Part shown: piece by piece, positions 30,187-40,534 of the stretch | Layout of the letters: every line of letters begins with the position of its first letter | How positions within the stretch are numbered: the first letter of the stretch is position 1 | Virus record (IMG/VR): IMGVR_UViG_3300021400_000025 | Coordinates: 246,479 to 310,478 of that record | Reading direction: 5' to 3' (one strand) | Origin: a virus | Lineage: Duplodnaviria > Heunggongvirae > Uroviricota > Caudoviricetes | DNA length: 64,000 bases | Position numbers and translations under genes: made by a program | The notes under the pieces: model-generated | Told to the model about the DNA's origin: nothing | Database searches by the model: none | The model's input: the letters and a program-made list of their open reading frames with translations, nothing else

Positions 30187-31811
30187 TCACTGCTCCTGTC
30201 CTTGAACTCGTCCATCGTCACCAACTGAATCAAATTGTCCCTGAATCTCTTCACCGAGAACGTTGTGTCATTGTAGGTGACATGCCGCGCAAGATTGTCA
30301 GACCGTGGAATGCTCTATTGGGTGAACACACTTTGATGATCAAATCTCTTCTATGGGTTCTTCAAGTTCAGCCAGTTGAACCAAAGGGACATTATTATGA
30401 CATTCTTTTCGGCGCTGTAGTCTATCTGCTTGCACATCTCCTTGAAATACCGCTTGTTGATTGGAGCGAAAATGTGCGGCTCGTAGAAGTAGATATGCTC
30501 CCTATGCCCAACGAACCTGTCCAAAGTCTTGAGAAGAAGCATATCCCACTTGTTGTCCTTCGACTCCTTTTTCATCTCATCCCTGAACTTGTCGTCTTGT
30601 CTGTACTCGAACACATACCTTGGGGCGAAATCCTCCCAATTTGACTTCTTGGTGACAAGGATATCGTCCGAGCAGAAAAGGAAATTATCCGACAACTTTG
30701 GCACTTTCTCTATGGCAACAAGCAGCTTGTGTATGATGTTCGCGTCCTTGTTGTTCCTCGTTATGTCCGGCGCGTAGATGTGAGTCACCTTTGGATTCCT
30801 AATCCTCGGGTTTTCCCCAACAATGTATATGTTCCCTATCCAGTGGGAGCAGAACTTCAGCATGGATGTTATGGAAATCTTGATCTCAAGGTTGTTGAAC
30901 TTGCTTCCCCTTCCAAGAACATACACAAGATCATGCTTCACCTTCTTCTTGGTGTTGTATTGGAATATCTTCGATATGTCAGGACTGACCTCTGGAACAT
31001 GCACCTCATCAATCAATCCACTCCTTGGAAGCAAGGACAGTTGCTTGGCGTTGTCTTCAATTTTCTCGTCAGCCTTTGTCCTCTTCTTTCCCTTGTTTTC
31101 GTTGAACAGATTGAAGCACTCGTTGATGTCCCTTCCATCGGAAAGTTGCTTGACAACAGGAGCAACAATCTGGTCATACCTAGCCCCAACATCGTATCTG
31201 TACCCAGAACTTGGCATCACTTCAAGTTTCTCAACGTCCCCCTGGACGCACCACTTCGTGCAGGGCTTCAACAAGTATCCGTTCATGTGAATCAGATAGA
31301 GATACGTTCTGTCATCGTTGAAGGTGTTCAGAACTGTCTCGTTGAGGAACATATCGTAGTTGTTCAACATCTTCTTCTGGAAAAGGGAATAGCACTGGAC
31401 AATTAAGTTGTCAAGGTTTATTGACTTGCAGTGATTGGACGTTATAGGGAACTTGCATCCATTGTCATTGAAGTCCTTCATCCTTGACTCTATGAAGTCC
31501 TTTGGAAGAAGCATGTCATCGTCTATGTCAATGATGATGTCATCGTCCTCAAGATATGGCAGAACAGGAAACACCTTCTTGAAAGACTTCCAGTTCGTGT
31601 CAACCCAATTGAGAACAACTCTGTCAGATGTCATTATCAGACGATAGAGTTCAACTGGAATATCCTGCTCGTATCTGGGGAATTCAATGGTGGAAAGGGT
31701 CAGATATATTCTGTCTGGAAGTACGGTGTTGTCAAGAACCGACTGTATCACCTTGGCGCAATTCGTTATGCGCCTTGGATATGATGTCATGCAAATGTTT
31801 ATGGTTGACAT
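30174..31811 (-). CDS. two-domain glycosyltransferase (GT-A domain plus Stealth-like domain); C-terminal in-frame TAGs
   Basis: N-domain TSYPRRI...KSFKKVFP...IIIDIDDD. C-domain DLVYVLGRGSKFNNLEIKISITS...SDNFLFCSDD. Reading through TAG 30351, 30315, 30183 and 30180 ends at TGA 30174. Confidence 0.75.
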
Positions 31812-31909
31812 GTAGATGCTCCTATATAAGAGTATTTACTATCCAATCATATTTTTATTACAACAATTCCCATTCATCTAAATGTGACAAAACCATCAAT
31901 TTCATTTAT

Positions 31910-33778
31910 TCAACACTCCAACAAATTTTTCTAAATCCAATCATATGTATTTGAATTCATGATATTTGACTATTTGGCATTGTTTTTTGAATATGCCACT
32001 TGTTGAGTATTTGGTATACTTTGCATATTGTTGAAATATTCATCGGTTGTTCTTTGATACCTATACCCATTAAAATTGGCAATATATGTGTATATTATGT
32101 CGGAAGAACTACAGTTCTCATAGTAAGTTAAATAATTCTCCAAAAACACATTATAGAACTTGTATTGTATCAAGCTGGCACAGCCACAATGACAATCCAT
32201 ATTGTATAATCGCACTCTATTTCCAGAAATTGGCTAATTTGGAAACTTCTAATATTGGTTGTAGAAATCAAATATCATGTTTGATGGATAGATAAAATCA
32301 TCATCTATTTCCAAAATGAGGTCATTTTTATATTTCATCAAACACGGAACTGCTTTTTTCCATACTTTTGTGTCCTTTTCCACCCAATTTATTTCTATGT
32401 TATTACTATGAATATAGTTCAATATTTCACAGGGAATATCCTATTCCATGTTTGGAAACTCATCAGTTGACAAGGTTATTATTATTTTATCCGGAGGAAA
32501 TGTTTGTGCCAAGATTGAATCCAACATCGTTGGCAGTGTTCCAATTCTCTTTCTCCATGTTGTACATGACACTATTATTTTCTTTGTTGAATCAAAATAG
32601 ATGTTTCTCTTCAACTAATCCAAATTCTCAGGTTTTATGTTAGAGATTTCATCAGATACAACAAATTCATATTTGCTTCCGTAGTTTGAATATGTTTCTC
32701 TATTATTTGAAATAAAAAGCACAGCTTCCTTCCTGAGAAGTTTTTGATAATAATCCTCGTTTCCCTTCTACGATGAAGAACAATAATGTATTATTGGGGA
32801 CGAATATACAAATATTGTTTTGGCGTTTGCCTTGCACACTCCATAGAACAAAATGGTATCCCCAACATATGTAGAAAACTCCTCTGGGATTTTCGTAAAC
32901 AAATCTCTTTTTATGGTAAAATCCCATCCCTATCTATGCAATTTATCATGCTTGAATTGGTCATATACCTTATATATCAACTTATTGGAAATCATTTTAT
33001 ATTCCAATTTATTCGTGGCATGATTTATGATTCCCACATTTGGCTCTTTTTCCACAACTGAAATATTATCAGAAATAAAATTTTCGGGAATGGATAAATC
33101 GTTGTTCAAAAAACATAGCCACTCATTTTCTGCCATTTCATAAAATATATTCCATATGACATTAAGATGAATGGATTTCTTTAGACCCAATATATGCAAA
33201 GACCTATTCTTAAACGGCCAATGTGAATATAGAGAATTAAAATACTTTTGGTTTTTTTCAAGACCATCAGAACCATTATCAATGATAGTCAAATCAAAAT
33301 CAGAAGTCTAAACCAACAAGTCGTTGATTATTGACTATGTAAAGATAAAAGTATCCCCAAAATTTATCACAAGGACATTAATCTTGTTTTTGTTTTCGGA
33401 TTTGAACTAATAGTCATATATAACATTTGTTAGGTTAATAAAGTTTTTTCTTGGCTAAAGACAAATATTTTCATTATTTTTTGTGATACGAATTTCAATA
33501 ACAGAACTCTGACTATTTTTCAATTCAAAAGTAGAATGGTCATCCCAGTCCAACTTAACCTTCGGATGCGTCATCACATACTTCTTGACATCCTCTGGAA
33601 AATCCAGTATCCTCCTTGGGAACTTTTTTGAATCCAGTTGTAGAAGCACAAGGTCAGAAGGATTGCTGCCATTCAAATACGAATCAACGATGTCAGGAAT
33701 GTTCCTGACATCATCAACTTTCAATCTGATAGAAGTTTTCTCTGGTTCGGACATGGCTATATACACATCATATGGCAT
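31910..33778 (-). CDS. multi-domain glycosyltransferase (GT2 plus GT-A), AT-rich; twelve in-frame TAG
   Basis: Single frame: DLLV*TSDFDLTIIDNGSD...WLCFLNND...IIVSCTTWRKRI...LSTDEFPNME*DIP...KVWKKAVP...ILEIDDD. TAG at 33455, 33407, 33335, 33308, 32930, 32768, 32615, 32441, 32249, 32234, 31970 and 31931. Confidence 0.8.
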
Positions 33779-33796
33779 GTGTATTTACCATTATCT

Positions 33797-33970
33797 TTAC
33801 CCAAACTGGAATTTTCTGTGAATTGTGTTGAAACAATCAGAATTGTCTGAACCACCTTGGCAATCTTTCACCAAAGTCTCAAGATAATCTAATGCCTCCT
33901 GTTGAGAATGGAACTTCACCTTTGAGTTTATCTTTGACTCCAACATTGCGCAAAACCTGCTGTAGTTCAT
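33797..33970 (-). CDS. small hypothetical protein
   Basis: Hand translation MNYSRFCAMLESKINSK... 57 aa; RBS AAGGAG; GTAAATA upstream. Confidence 0.55.
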   Translation of the reverse strand: MNYSRFCAMLESKINSKVKFHSQQEALDYLETLVKDCQGGSDNSDCFNTIHRKFQFG

Positions 33971-34020
33971 GTGTTTTCTCCTTCATATTTCATCTATTTA
34001 CCATTCCCCATATACAAACA

Positions 34021-34049
34021 ATGGCTGACCCATTTTACAGGTCAGCCAT
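34021..34049. terminator. intergenic hairpin, likely terminator
   Basis: ATGGCTGACC-9 nt-GGTCAGCCAT. Confidence 0.5.
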
Positions 34050-34075
34050 CATCAATTCTGGATTCAGATTTCCCC

Positions 34076-34780
34076 TCACTTCTTCTGCTTGACGTAAATC
34101 TTGCAGATGCAGGGTTCGCCAATCTTCTTGTACTTCACGAAATCAACGCAGTGGCACTTCGTGTCCTTGTCCTTTGGCTGACATGGGCAGTATCCATCGT
34201 TCTTGTCAATGGCATCCAAAATCTTATTCACCTGCGCGGTGGTCAAAGACTCGTTGAGACGCACCTTGTATTCATCTTCCTCTGGTTCAGGGGTTGGTTC
34301 TGGCGTTGGCTCTGGAACGGGTGCAGGCTTATTTGCGAGATACTTGTCCAGCGTCTCCATCATGACCTTCGCCCCAGTGGCACCTGTCTTGTTGTTGCGC
34401 AAGGCATTGCCCTCGATTGCCTTGTCAAACACAACCTTGCCCTTTGCGTCATAGAGGGTGATTCTGAATCCAGGATAGTATTTCAACCCTGTCTTGTTGT
34501 AGATCCAGTTGTGGAGGGTCTGTCCCTTGTCCTTGTCGCCGGAATATTGGAACACGAAATATGCGTCCTGCTTTGCCATCCACTTCTTGAAGGTGGAGGT
34601 CAACATGCACTTCTCAGCAGCCACGCAATAGCCACATGCGTCTCCATTGGTCCATAACGCGACGATGAACTTGCCCTCCTTCTTCGCTTTGGAAAGAGTA
34701 GTGGCATAGTCCTTGTTCCACTCCCCCACCTTGGGGGTTTTCTTGGATCTAAGTTTCACGAAATCTGACGTTGTTCCCAT
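34076..34780 (-). CDS. thioredoxin-fold protein fused to a ferredoxin-thioredoxin reductase catalytic-chain-like domain
   Basis: W..DY...L..AK.E.K.I...WTNGDACGYC thioredoxin motif, (PE/PT)n linker, then DGYCPCQ...KCHC...PCICKIY. Confidence 0.7.
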   Translation of the reverse strand: MGTTSDFVKLRSKKTPKVGEWNKDYATTLSKAKKEGKFIVALWTNGDACGYCVAAEKCMLTSTFKKWMAKQDAYFVFQYSGDKDKGQTLHNWIYNKTGLKYYPGFRITLYDAKGKVVFDKAIEGNALRNNKTGATGAKVMMETLDKYLANKPAPVPEPTPEPTPEPEEDEYKVRLNESLTTAQVNKILDAIDKNDGYCPCQPKDKDTKCHCVDFVKYKKIGEPCICKIYVKQKK

Positions 34781-34804
34781 TGTTTGTTACTCCTTGTAAG
34801 TAAA

Positions 34805-35116
34805 TCAACCATCGTTCTTGCAGCACTCTTCCACCGGGTCATGTCCAGGGCAAACCTCTGTGTCGTCGCAATAGGATATGAATTCAATCTTTTCCAAAGA
34901 CTGCTTTGAATCTTTCATCAACTTCTGCACGAAATCAACGCTGTCGAGAGCTTCTTTCAATAGAATGTCCTTGGATGTCTTTGACAATCCAATTGAACAT
35001 CTGATGTCCCGAAGCATATCCCTCAACTTTTTGATGATGTTCTCCACGTGATCGTATGTATATGGAGCATAACTTCTCGCTCCAGTTGGCAAACTGCCCT
35101 GTTGTTCATTGTTCAT
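34805..35116 (-). CDS. hypothetical protein
   Basis: MNNEQQGSL... with RBS AAGGAG. Confidence 0.55.
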   Translation of the reverse strand: MNNEQQGSLPTGARSYAPYTYDHVENIIKKLRDMLRDIRCSIGLSKTSKDILLKEALDSVDFVQKLMKDSKQSLEKIEFISYCDDTEVCPGHDPVEECCKNDG

Positions 35117-35212
35117 GTTGTATGGTTCTCCTTTGGTTTCCATACAACAATTATACCTTTTTCAACTTGTCAAGTATCTGGGAAAACTGATGGACAACTG
35201 TGCATTCCCGCA

Positions 35213-35566
35213 TCATGACTTCTTGAACTTAGTGTGCTTGAGGTTGTACAGAACATTGTCAATGCAATCAATGGAAGAGTTGCCTGGGTCGTTGAGGAGG
35301 ACTTCAAAATCCCAGAGCCTAAACAATATTGACTCGTCCCAATTGGAAACAAGCCTGGTTTCAAACCTATCGAATCCTCCAGATTCCCCGACCTTCACCT
35401 GTATTTTCTCATAGAGATCCTTGTCCCTATTGGCTTGGTCCGCCAGCTTCATCCCTTTCTTGCCAAGTGCCTTGAGCCTCTTCAACAAGGGCTTCATCTG
35501 GGCGTAGATTTCGTTCCCCTCCTTCTGGAGGGCTTCGTACTTTTCCTTGAACTGTTCAACATTCAT
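35213..35566 (-). CDS. hypothetical protein
   Basis: MNVEQFKEKYE... coiled coil. Confidence 0.6.
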   Translation of the reverse strand: MNVEQFKEKYEALQKEGNEIYAQMKPLLKRLKALGKKGMKLADQANRDKDLYEKIQVKVGESGGFDRFETRLVSNWDESILFRLWDFEVLLNDPGNSSIDCIDNVLYNLKHTKFKKS

Positions 35567-35705
35567 CTTCATCATCCTCATTATCATTCTCATTGGAGGA
35601 GTCAAACGCGCCAGCGAGATCAATGCTCAACCTCACAAGGCGAACCACGCCATAACCCACAATCACGGTCACAGCGCTTCCTACAACTACAACTCCGATT
35701 ATCAT
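35556..35705 (-). CDS. small membrane protein with acidic tail
   Basis: Hand translation MIIGVVVVGSAVTVIVGYGVVRLVRL...NEDDEDEC; RBS AAGGAG. Confidence 0.55.
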   Translation of the reverse strand: MIIGVVVVGSAVTVIVGYGVVRLVRLSIDLAGAFDSSNENDNEDDEDEC

Positions 35706-35740
35706 TGTTGTTCTCCTTAGATGTCCTCAAACATACCAGT

Positions 35741-35769
35741 ATTATACCACATCTGCCGGAGGATGTCAA
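35741..35769 (-). promoter_or_regulatory. sigma70-type promoter (perfect consensus)
   Basis: TTGACA-17 bp-TATAAT with TGTGG. Confidence 0.85.
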
Positions 35770-35793
35770 GGGGGTGATTGTCCATGATTCATT

Positions 35794-36123
35794 TCACTTG
35801 AACACCAGCTTGCTGTGCTTTGTGGCCTCATGCGCCTTTTCAATCAGCTTGATATACTCAGGAACCGTGTACCCATGTATTCTCGGTTCCTCCTTGCTGT
35901 CGGATTTCTTGACTGACTTCTTCTTGTTTCCAGAGTAGTCCCTAATCGTGGTGGTCTGAACCTTGACCAGCTTCAGCCAGTCGGATGGGTGCTTCTCAAT
36001 TTCCTGTTCCATGAGGCAAACTGCCTCATCCCAGCCAAGCTCCTGCCCAGAAGTGAGGTCTGACCAGAACTCTCCCCCATTCCTGCTTCGCAGAATCCGA
36101 TAATATGAATAGTCCGTCCTCAT
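35794..36123 (-). CDS. hypothetical protein
   Basis: MRTDYSYY... with RBS GGAGG. Confidence 0.6.
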   Translation of the reverse strand: MRTDYSYYRILRSRNGGEFWSDLTSGQELGWDEAVCLMEQEIEKHPSDWLKLVKVQTTTIRDYSGNKKKSVKKSDSKEEPRIHGYTVPEYIKLIEKAHEATKHSKLVFK

Positions 36124-36125
36124 GG

Positions 36126-36362
36126 TCAATCCTCCTCCCCATTTGGGTTCTTCTCCCACGCCGAAATGTCATGGATGTCCAACTTGACGCTTGGAACGAT
36201 GAGCAGGTCGTTCATGTGCCAATCCATCCCACAAATTGCGGTCTTCACTCCAATTGCGCATCCATCAGGGCACATCCATCCAGCAGGGGTGTTGACGCAC
36301 ACCTTCACGTCCATGAATGGATCCAGATTGTCCAGGGCATCCCTCAATTCCTTCACTGTCAT
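36126..36362 (-). CDS. hypothetical protein (MTVKEL family)
   Basis: 78 aa; resembles 40172-40519. Confidence 0.6.
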   Translation of the reverse strand: MTVKELRDALDNLDPFMDVKVCVNTPAGWMCPDGCAIGVKTAICGMDWHMNDLLIVPSVKLDIHDISAWEKNPNGEED

Positions 36363-36784
36363 TTCAGTTCTCCCTTCTCGTCATATTCTTCAAAGTCCTC
36401 AAGCACCGCCTTTGGAAACCAAATCTTCGTGTAGCCAGTTGGATACAACACGCCAACCAAGGTGGAGAATCCGTTTTCGCTCACCCTGTTCACAGTTTCG
36501 ATTTCAAGCAGACACTGTTCCTCCCCATTAAACACATAGGAGTCCCAAATGATTCCACGCTTTCCACGGCAATATGGGTCTGGATACTTGAACGAAACCC
36601 TGGCATAGGTCTTTCCTGCGCGTTTCATCCTCTCGCGCTTCTCCCATTCCTCTTCCGTCAAATTGACTGGAACATAGTTATGGTAGACTATTCCGCTGTT
36701 TTCTGATTTTGTCTCGTTGAACTTTCCAATGGCATACGCACTGTCCTTCACGAGCAGATATCCATCACTTTCCTTGATGTTCAT
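36359..36784 (-). CDS. hypothetical protein
   Basis: 141 aa with ATGA coupling. Confidence 0.65.
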   Translation of the reverse strand: MNIKESDGYLLVKDSAYAIGKFNETKSENSGIVYHNYVPVNLTEEEWEKRERMKRAGKTYARVSFKYPDPYCRGKRGIIWDSYVFNGEEQCLLEIETVNRVSENGFSTLVGVLYPTGYTKIWFPKAVLEDFEEYDEKGELK

Positions 36785-37164
36785 GCCTCCAACGCCTCCT
36801 TCGCAACCTTGACTGCCTTGTGGAAATAATGTCCAGCCTCTCCACCAGTGGCATATCCAGCCTTGTTGATGCTTTCGTTCATTTCCTGTTCAAGGTGAAT
36901 GATGTCCTTGAGTGCTTTCTTATAATTGGCACATTTGCTTTTCTCGGCCCTATCTTCGTCCTCAAGGTCGGATGCCAAGGCATCCGCAAACATCTTCGCC
37001 ATTGGGGTCTGAAGTTTCATTTCCCTGATTTCCCTTGCCTCCCTCATCTTCGGAGACTCAAGTATCTCATCGCACCAATTCAAGATTGGCGCAAGTATGC
37101 CATCGCTGTGGTCTCCGTTCAAGATGTGGTTTCGGATTTTCTCCAATGCCTCTGTTGATGTCAT
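36781..37164 (-). CDS. hypothetical protein
   Basis: MTSTEALEK... with ATGA coupling. Confidence 0.6.
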   Translation of the reverse strand: MTSTEALEKIRNHILNGDHSDGILAPILNWCDEILESPKMREAREIREMKLQTPMAKMFADALASDLEDEDRAEKSKCANYKKALKDIIHLEQEMNESINKAGYATGGEAGHYFHKAVKVAKEALEA

Positions 37165-37613
37165 TTCTTCTTCCATCCTTTCTCCATGTCCTTTGTGGAA
37201 TCGTAGGTCTTTTCCTTCAACACGTTCAGGCGATAGTCCTTCTCAGTCAAGATTGCAGCAACGTCTTTCGCAACGTTTTTGCAGTAGGCAGACTTCTCCA
37301 GGAACTTCTTGATGTCTCCAATGGATTCTTCAGGCCACTTTCCTATCGTCCAAGGGTAATTAGGGTCGTCCATATCTGGGATCTGCTCCTTCGTGGGCTT
37401 TGGCAGAACCTTGAAAGCCTTCTCGTACTCGTCAAGCGCAGTCTGGTACACCCAATGGAGCCTTCTCCACTCATGGCAGGTATTTTTAGTTGGACGTTCA
37501 GTATGCAGACGATTGTACAGCCACTTGTACCACTTCCTCTGCTTGCCCCAGGATGCATATTCCCCTCCATATGCCACGAACGGATATCGTTTTCTGAATT
37601 CGTCAAAGTCCAT
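37161..37613 (-). CDS. hypothetical protein
   Basis: 150-aa ORF. Confidence 0.6.
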   Translation of the reverse strand: MDFDEFRKRYPFVAYGGEYASWGKQRKWYKWLYNRLHTERPTKNTCHEWRRLHWVYQTALDEYEKAFKVLPKPTKEQIPDMDDPNYPWTIGKWPEESIGDIKKFLEKSAYCKNVAKDVAAILTEKDYRLNVLKEKTYDSTKDMEKGWKKK

Positions 37614-37616
37614 TTT

Positions 37617-37892
37617 TTACCTGTCCTTTCTTCCAAGCATCTTGTCAAGCGCGTTCTTGGGGAAATGGAACCAGAATGGCTCTCCTTCATCGTCTTCAAG
37701 CATCACGCCATAGCAGTCTGAACGAGGTCTTACATACAACCTGCCACCATCGCAATAGCCAATGCTTCTGCTCTTGATTTCCCTTCGCATCAAATTGTAG
37801 TCGATGCTCTGGCTATAGTCAAGGTCAAGCCTTGCACCATAGTCAGATTCGTAGTTGTCCCACGTGAACAGTTCAGGATTCAGTTCTTCCAT
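37617..37892 (-). CDS. hypothetical protein
   Basis: 91-aa ORF. Confidence 0.6.
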   Translation of the reverse strand: MEELNPELFTWDNYESDYGARLDLDYSQSIDYNLMRREIKSRSIGYCDGGRLYVRPRSDCYGVMLEDDEGEPFWFHFPKNALDKMLGRKDR

Positions 37893-38109
37893 TCGGATCT
37901 CCCTTGTTGAAGTCAGTATGTCGAGCTACATATTGCGCAGCGCAAGCCATCACCATATCCAATTGAAACACAATCTGTGCAAATGCTTTTTTGGCTGCTG
38001 GATTGAACAACTCGTCAGCGTCCATCCTCAAGATATGCTGCACAAGTTCCTGTATGTTCAACAGGTCAGCATAGGCAATGGTCATCTTCCTTTCGTCAAC
38101 TGTCATCAA
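37873..38109 (-). CDS. hypothetical protein
   Basis: 78-aa ORF. Confidence 0.55.
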   Translation of the reverse strand: MMTVDERKMTIAYADLLNIQELVQHILRMDADELFNPAAKKAFAQIVFQLDMVMACAAQYVARHTDFNKGDPNGRTES

Positions 38110-38405
38110 TGCGTTCCCCTACCAAAGTTGTCGTGTCCAGAAATCACCGCGTTAATCCCGATTGGTGCACTGTTGTGGAAATTGGTTATGAGACTCACTC
38201 CAAGTTTCTCAACGTTCTGCTTCTCCCAATCAAGGAATTCGTCTCTCGCAGCAAGGTACTTTTTCTGAATTGGCCAGTATTTCTCCGCCTTCGCGCCATT
38301 GATGAACAGATTCTGAGCTTCATCACTGAACTTGAGAACCTTTTCGTACCTCTTCTTCGCCTCTTCAAGCAACTTGTCGTAGTCAATTGTCATGTCAATG
38401 TTCAT
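38106..38405 (-). CDS. hypothetical protein
   Basis: MNIDMTIDYDK...; the longer ORF call overlaps the upstream membrane gene. Confidence 0.55.
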   Translation of the reverse strand: MNIDMTIDYDKLLEEAKKRYEKVLKFSDEAQNLFINGAKAEKYWPIQKKYLAARDEFLDWEKQNVEKLGVSLITNFHNSAPIGINAVISGHDNFGRGTH

Positions 38406-39033
38406 TTCCTGTATCTCCCATTTCAAGTATCTTGTCCCTTGTTCGATTATACACAATAATCCACCCAATGTCATCGAATATGCATCCAATCCCCCACAAC
38501 AGGATTGCTGTGTTCAAGGATGGCATGGCGAGAATGGCAATGGCGAAGCCAATCATGGCAACCCCATTCCGAAATATGGAGGCAGTGTTGTCGTACATTT
38601 CCCTCTGCTTCCCATTCCACAACTTTGACTGGAACATCATTATGCACTTGCCAATGAAGGTGGTGACTATTGACGCATAGAACGCGGTCAGAATGGCAAA
38701 CGCCCAGACGTTGTACTGGACAAAGACAAGGTAGGCTGAAATGAGAAAAGACCCAATTGACTCAAACATGGCAATCCAGGTAAAATACCTTATTGCTATT
38801 TCCCGCGCCTTGTTCTTCCATATCGCACCCATTATCAACGACGAAAGGCAAAACCAAGCAGCCTCCGCAGAAATGTACTCGGGTGGAAGCTTTGACATTA
38901 TCTCCTTCATCACAGGGGCATGTGAGTAGGTGTAGATGAATCCAGAAATGGCAGACGAAAACAGGAGAATTCCCTGGTTCTCCTGCACCTGGATGTTCAA
39001 TATCCTCTTGAAATATGTCCAGAACCTCGTCAC
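38395..39033 (-). CDS. polytopic membrane protein (about 6 TM, half-MFS-like)
   Basis: 212 aa with about six hydrophobic segments. Confidence 0.65.
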   Translation of the reverse strand: MTRFWTYFKRILNIQVQENQGILLFSSAISGFIYTYSHAPVMKEIMSKLPPEYISAEAAWFCLSSLIMGAIWKNKAREIAIRYFTWIAMFESIGSFLISAYLVFVQYNVWAFAILTAFYASIVTTFIGKCIMMFQSKLWNGKQREMYDNTASIFRNGVAMIGFAIAILAMPSLNTAILLWGIGCIFDDIGWIIVYNRTRDKILEMGDTGNEH

Positions 39034-39039
39034 TTTGAC

Positions 39040-39621
39040 TCACTTCTGATCGCCAGTGAACTCCCACTGGGACTTGACTTCGTAATAACCATCCTTCTGG
39101 TTCATCAGCTTCAACTCGTAGCCAATGTCATTGTTGTTTCCCGTATACGACACCGCCTCGTCAAGCAGCCATTTCACCGCAGAGTCGGAGAACTTGATGC
39201 CATACTTCTTGTGGGCGTATTCCACCCCCAGCATCGTAATCCACAGCTCAAACTGGTACTGGCTCGTGTCGTTCCAGGCATATCCCTTCACGATGGACGG
39301 GACCTTCTTCGTGAACTTGATGTGGGAAAGCTCATGGAAGAACGTGATGAACTGGCACTCAAGTGGGTTATCGCAAGCATGTGGATAGACGATTCCATCC
39401 ACCTCCTCTCCAGCTTTCACCTTGATGAATGGCGCAAGCATAATGGAATTTCCAGCTGAGCTACCATAGTTGTAGCCACCCATGCCCTCAGTCTTGGTGA
39501 GATACACAATCTCCACCTTCTCGTTCTTCGCAATCTCGGACATGACCTTCTTCACGGCCTTTTCCGTCCACTTGAAGACCTTCTGCACGGTTCCACGTTT
39601 TCTTATCGTCTTTGTCCTCAT
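39040..39621 (-). CDS. HExxH zincin-like metallopeptidase
   Basis: FITFFHELSH followed by a downstream Glu (QFELW). Confidence 0.55.
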   Translation of the reverse strand: MRTKTIRKRGTVQKVFKWTEKAVKKVMSEIAKNEKVEIVYLTKTEGMGGYNYGSSAGNSIMLAPFIKVKAGEEVDGIVYPHACDNPLECQFITFFHELSHIKFTKKVPSIVKGYAWNDTSQYQFELWITMLGVEYAHKKYGIKFSDSAVKWLLDEAVSYTGNNNDIGYELKLMNQKDGYYEVKSQWEFTGDQK

Positions 39622-39941
39622 TTTGACTTCCTCTCTGCCTGTTCAATGGCTTCCTGGATTATCCTCTTCACGAGCATTGGACCTTCTCCGGGAGAAACAT
39701 CCTCTGGTGGAGCGTCACCACACTTCATTGCCTCAATCCAACGTTCATGACACCAATTGGAAATATCGTCCAGAAGGTCATATACATCCTCAATCTTCTT
39801 GGGGTAAATCATCCATCCCATGCGCCAGATGTCGTCCGCGGACTTCTCCATCAAAGCCTTGCATGCATCCTCAAAGGCATCCTTGTCGGCGGCCTTGACT
39901 GCATCCCAAATCTTGTCCTTATATGGTTGAAAGTTGGTCAT
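39618..39941 (-). CDS. hypothetical protein
   Basis: 107-aa ORF. Confidence 0.6.
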   Translation of the reverse strand: MTNFQPYKDKIWDAVKAADKDAFEDACKALMEKSADDIWRMGWMIYPKKIEDVYDLLDDISNWCHERWIEAMKCGDAPPEDVSPGEGPMLVKRIIQEAIEQAERKSK

Positions 39942-39962
39942 TGTCGCATCCTTTCTTGATAA

Positions 39963-40175
39963 TCACGATTCATCGTCCCTGCAAAGGACGTCATAGACAT
40001 TCTGCATCTGGGGGTTGTCGGGAAATGTCCCACCGTACTGCCCGAAATAATAGGTCATTCTGTTCTTGGCTTCCTGGATTGTCTCCTTGAGCCTGTTGAT
40101 TTCGTCCATCAACTTCCTGTGTTCGCACTTTTCCATTCCACGGAAAGCGCAATCTTGGCAATCACATTCCATCAC
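39963..40175 (-). CDS. small hypothetical protein
   Basis: 70 aa with N-terminal CxxC...C. Confidence 0.5.
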   Translation of the reverse strand: MMECDCQDCAFRGMEKCEHRKLMDEINRLKETIQEAKNRMTYYFGQYGGTFPDNPQMQNVYDVLCRDDES

Positions 40176-40519
40176 TTCAGCATTCCTTTCAACTCTTCAT
40201 GGATTCTGTTCCTCAGATTCTCGTCTGGAATCTCATTCAACATCATGGATATTCGAGAGGCTGTTGCCAGATTCCGAGTCAACCGGCTTGAATAGTCCTT
40301 CAATTTCTCGGACATTGCCTTGCTCACCTCGTCGGCAGATGTGACCAATTGGATTTTTGGCTCCAAGATGAATTGCCCCATCGTCCAATCGAATCCCATG
40401 TACGCCCTTTCAACTGGAACAGTGGTGCTGCAAGACGCTTGCCACTTGTCGTGCTTCCTGACCACAAGTTCGCAGGTCTCATGCCCCTTCGCATGTTCAA
40501 TGAATTCGCCAACTGTCAT
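40172..40519 (-). CDS. hypothetical protein (MTVGEF; similar to 36126-36362)
   Basis: Shares V..A..G.DW.M....I.P with 36126-36362. Confidence 0.6.
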   Translation of the reverse strand: MTVGEFIEHAKGHETCELVVRKHDKWQASCSTTVPVERAYMGFDWTMGQFILEPKIQLVTSADEVSKAMSEKLKDYSSRLTRNLATASRISMMLNEIPDENLRNRIHEELKGMLK

Positions 40520-40534
40520 GTCGTCAATTTCTCT

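Noticed and set aside
22287-33778. Reading the fragmented ORFs as pseudogenes or sequencing errors
   Set aside because: Every break is TAG, never TAA, TGA or a frameshift. Frames are preserved over kilobases and a CUA tRNA is present.
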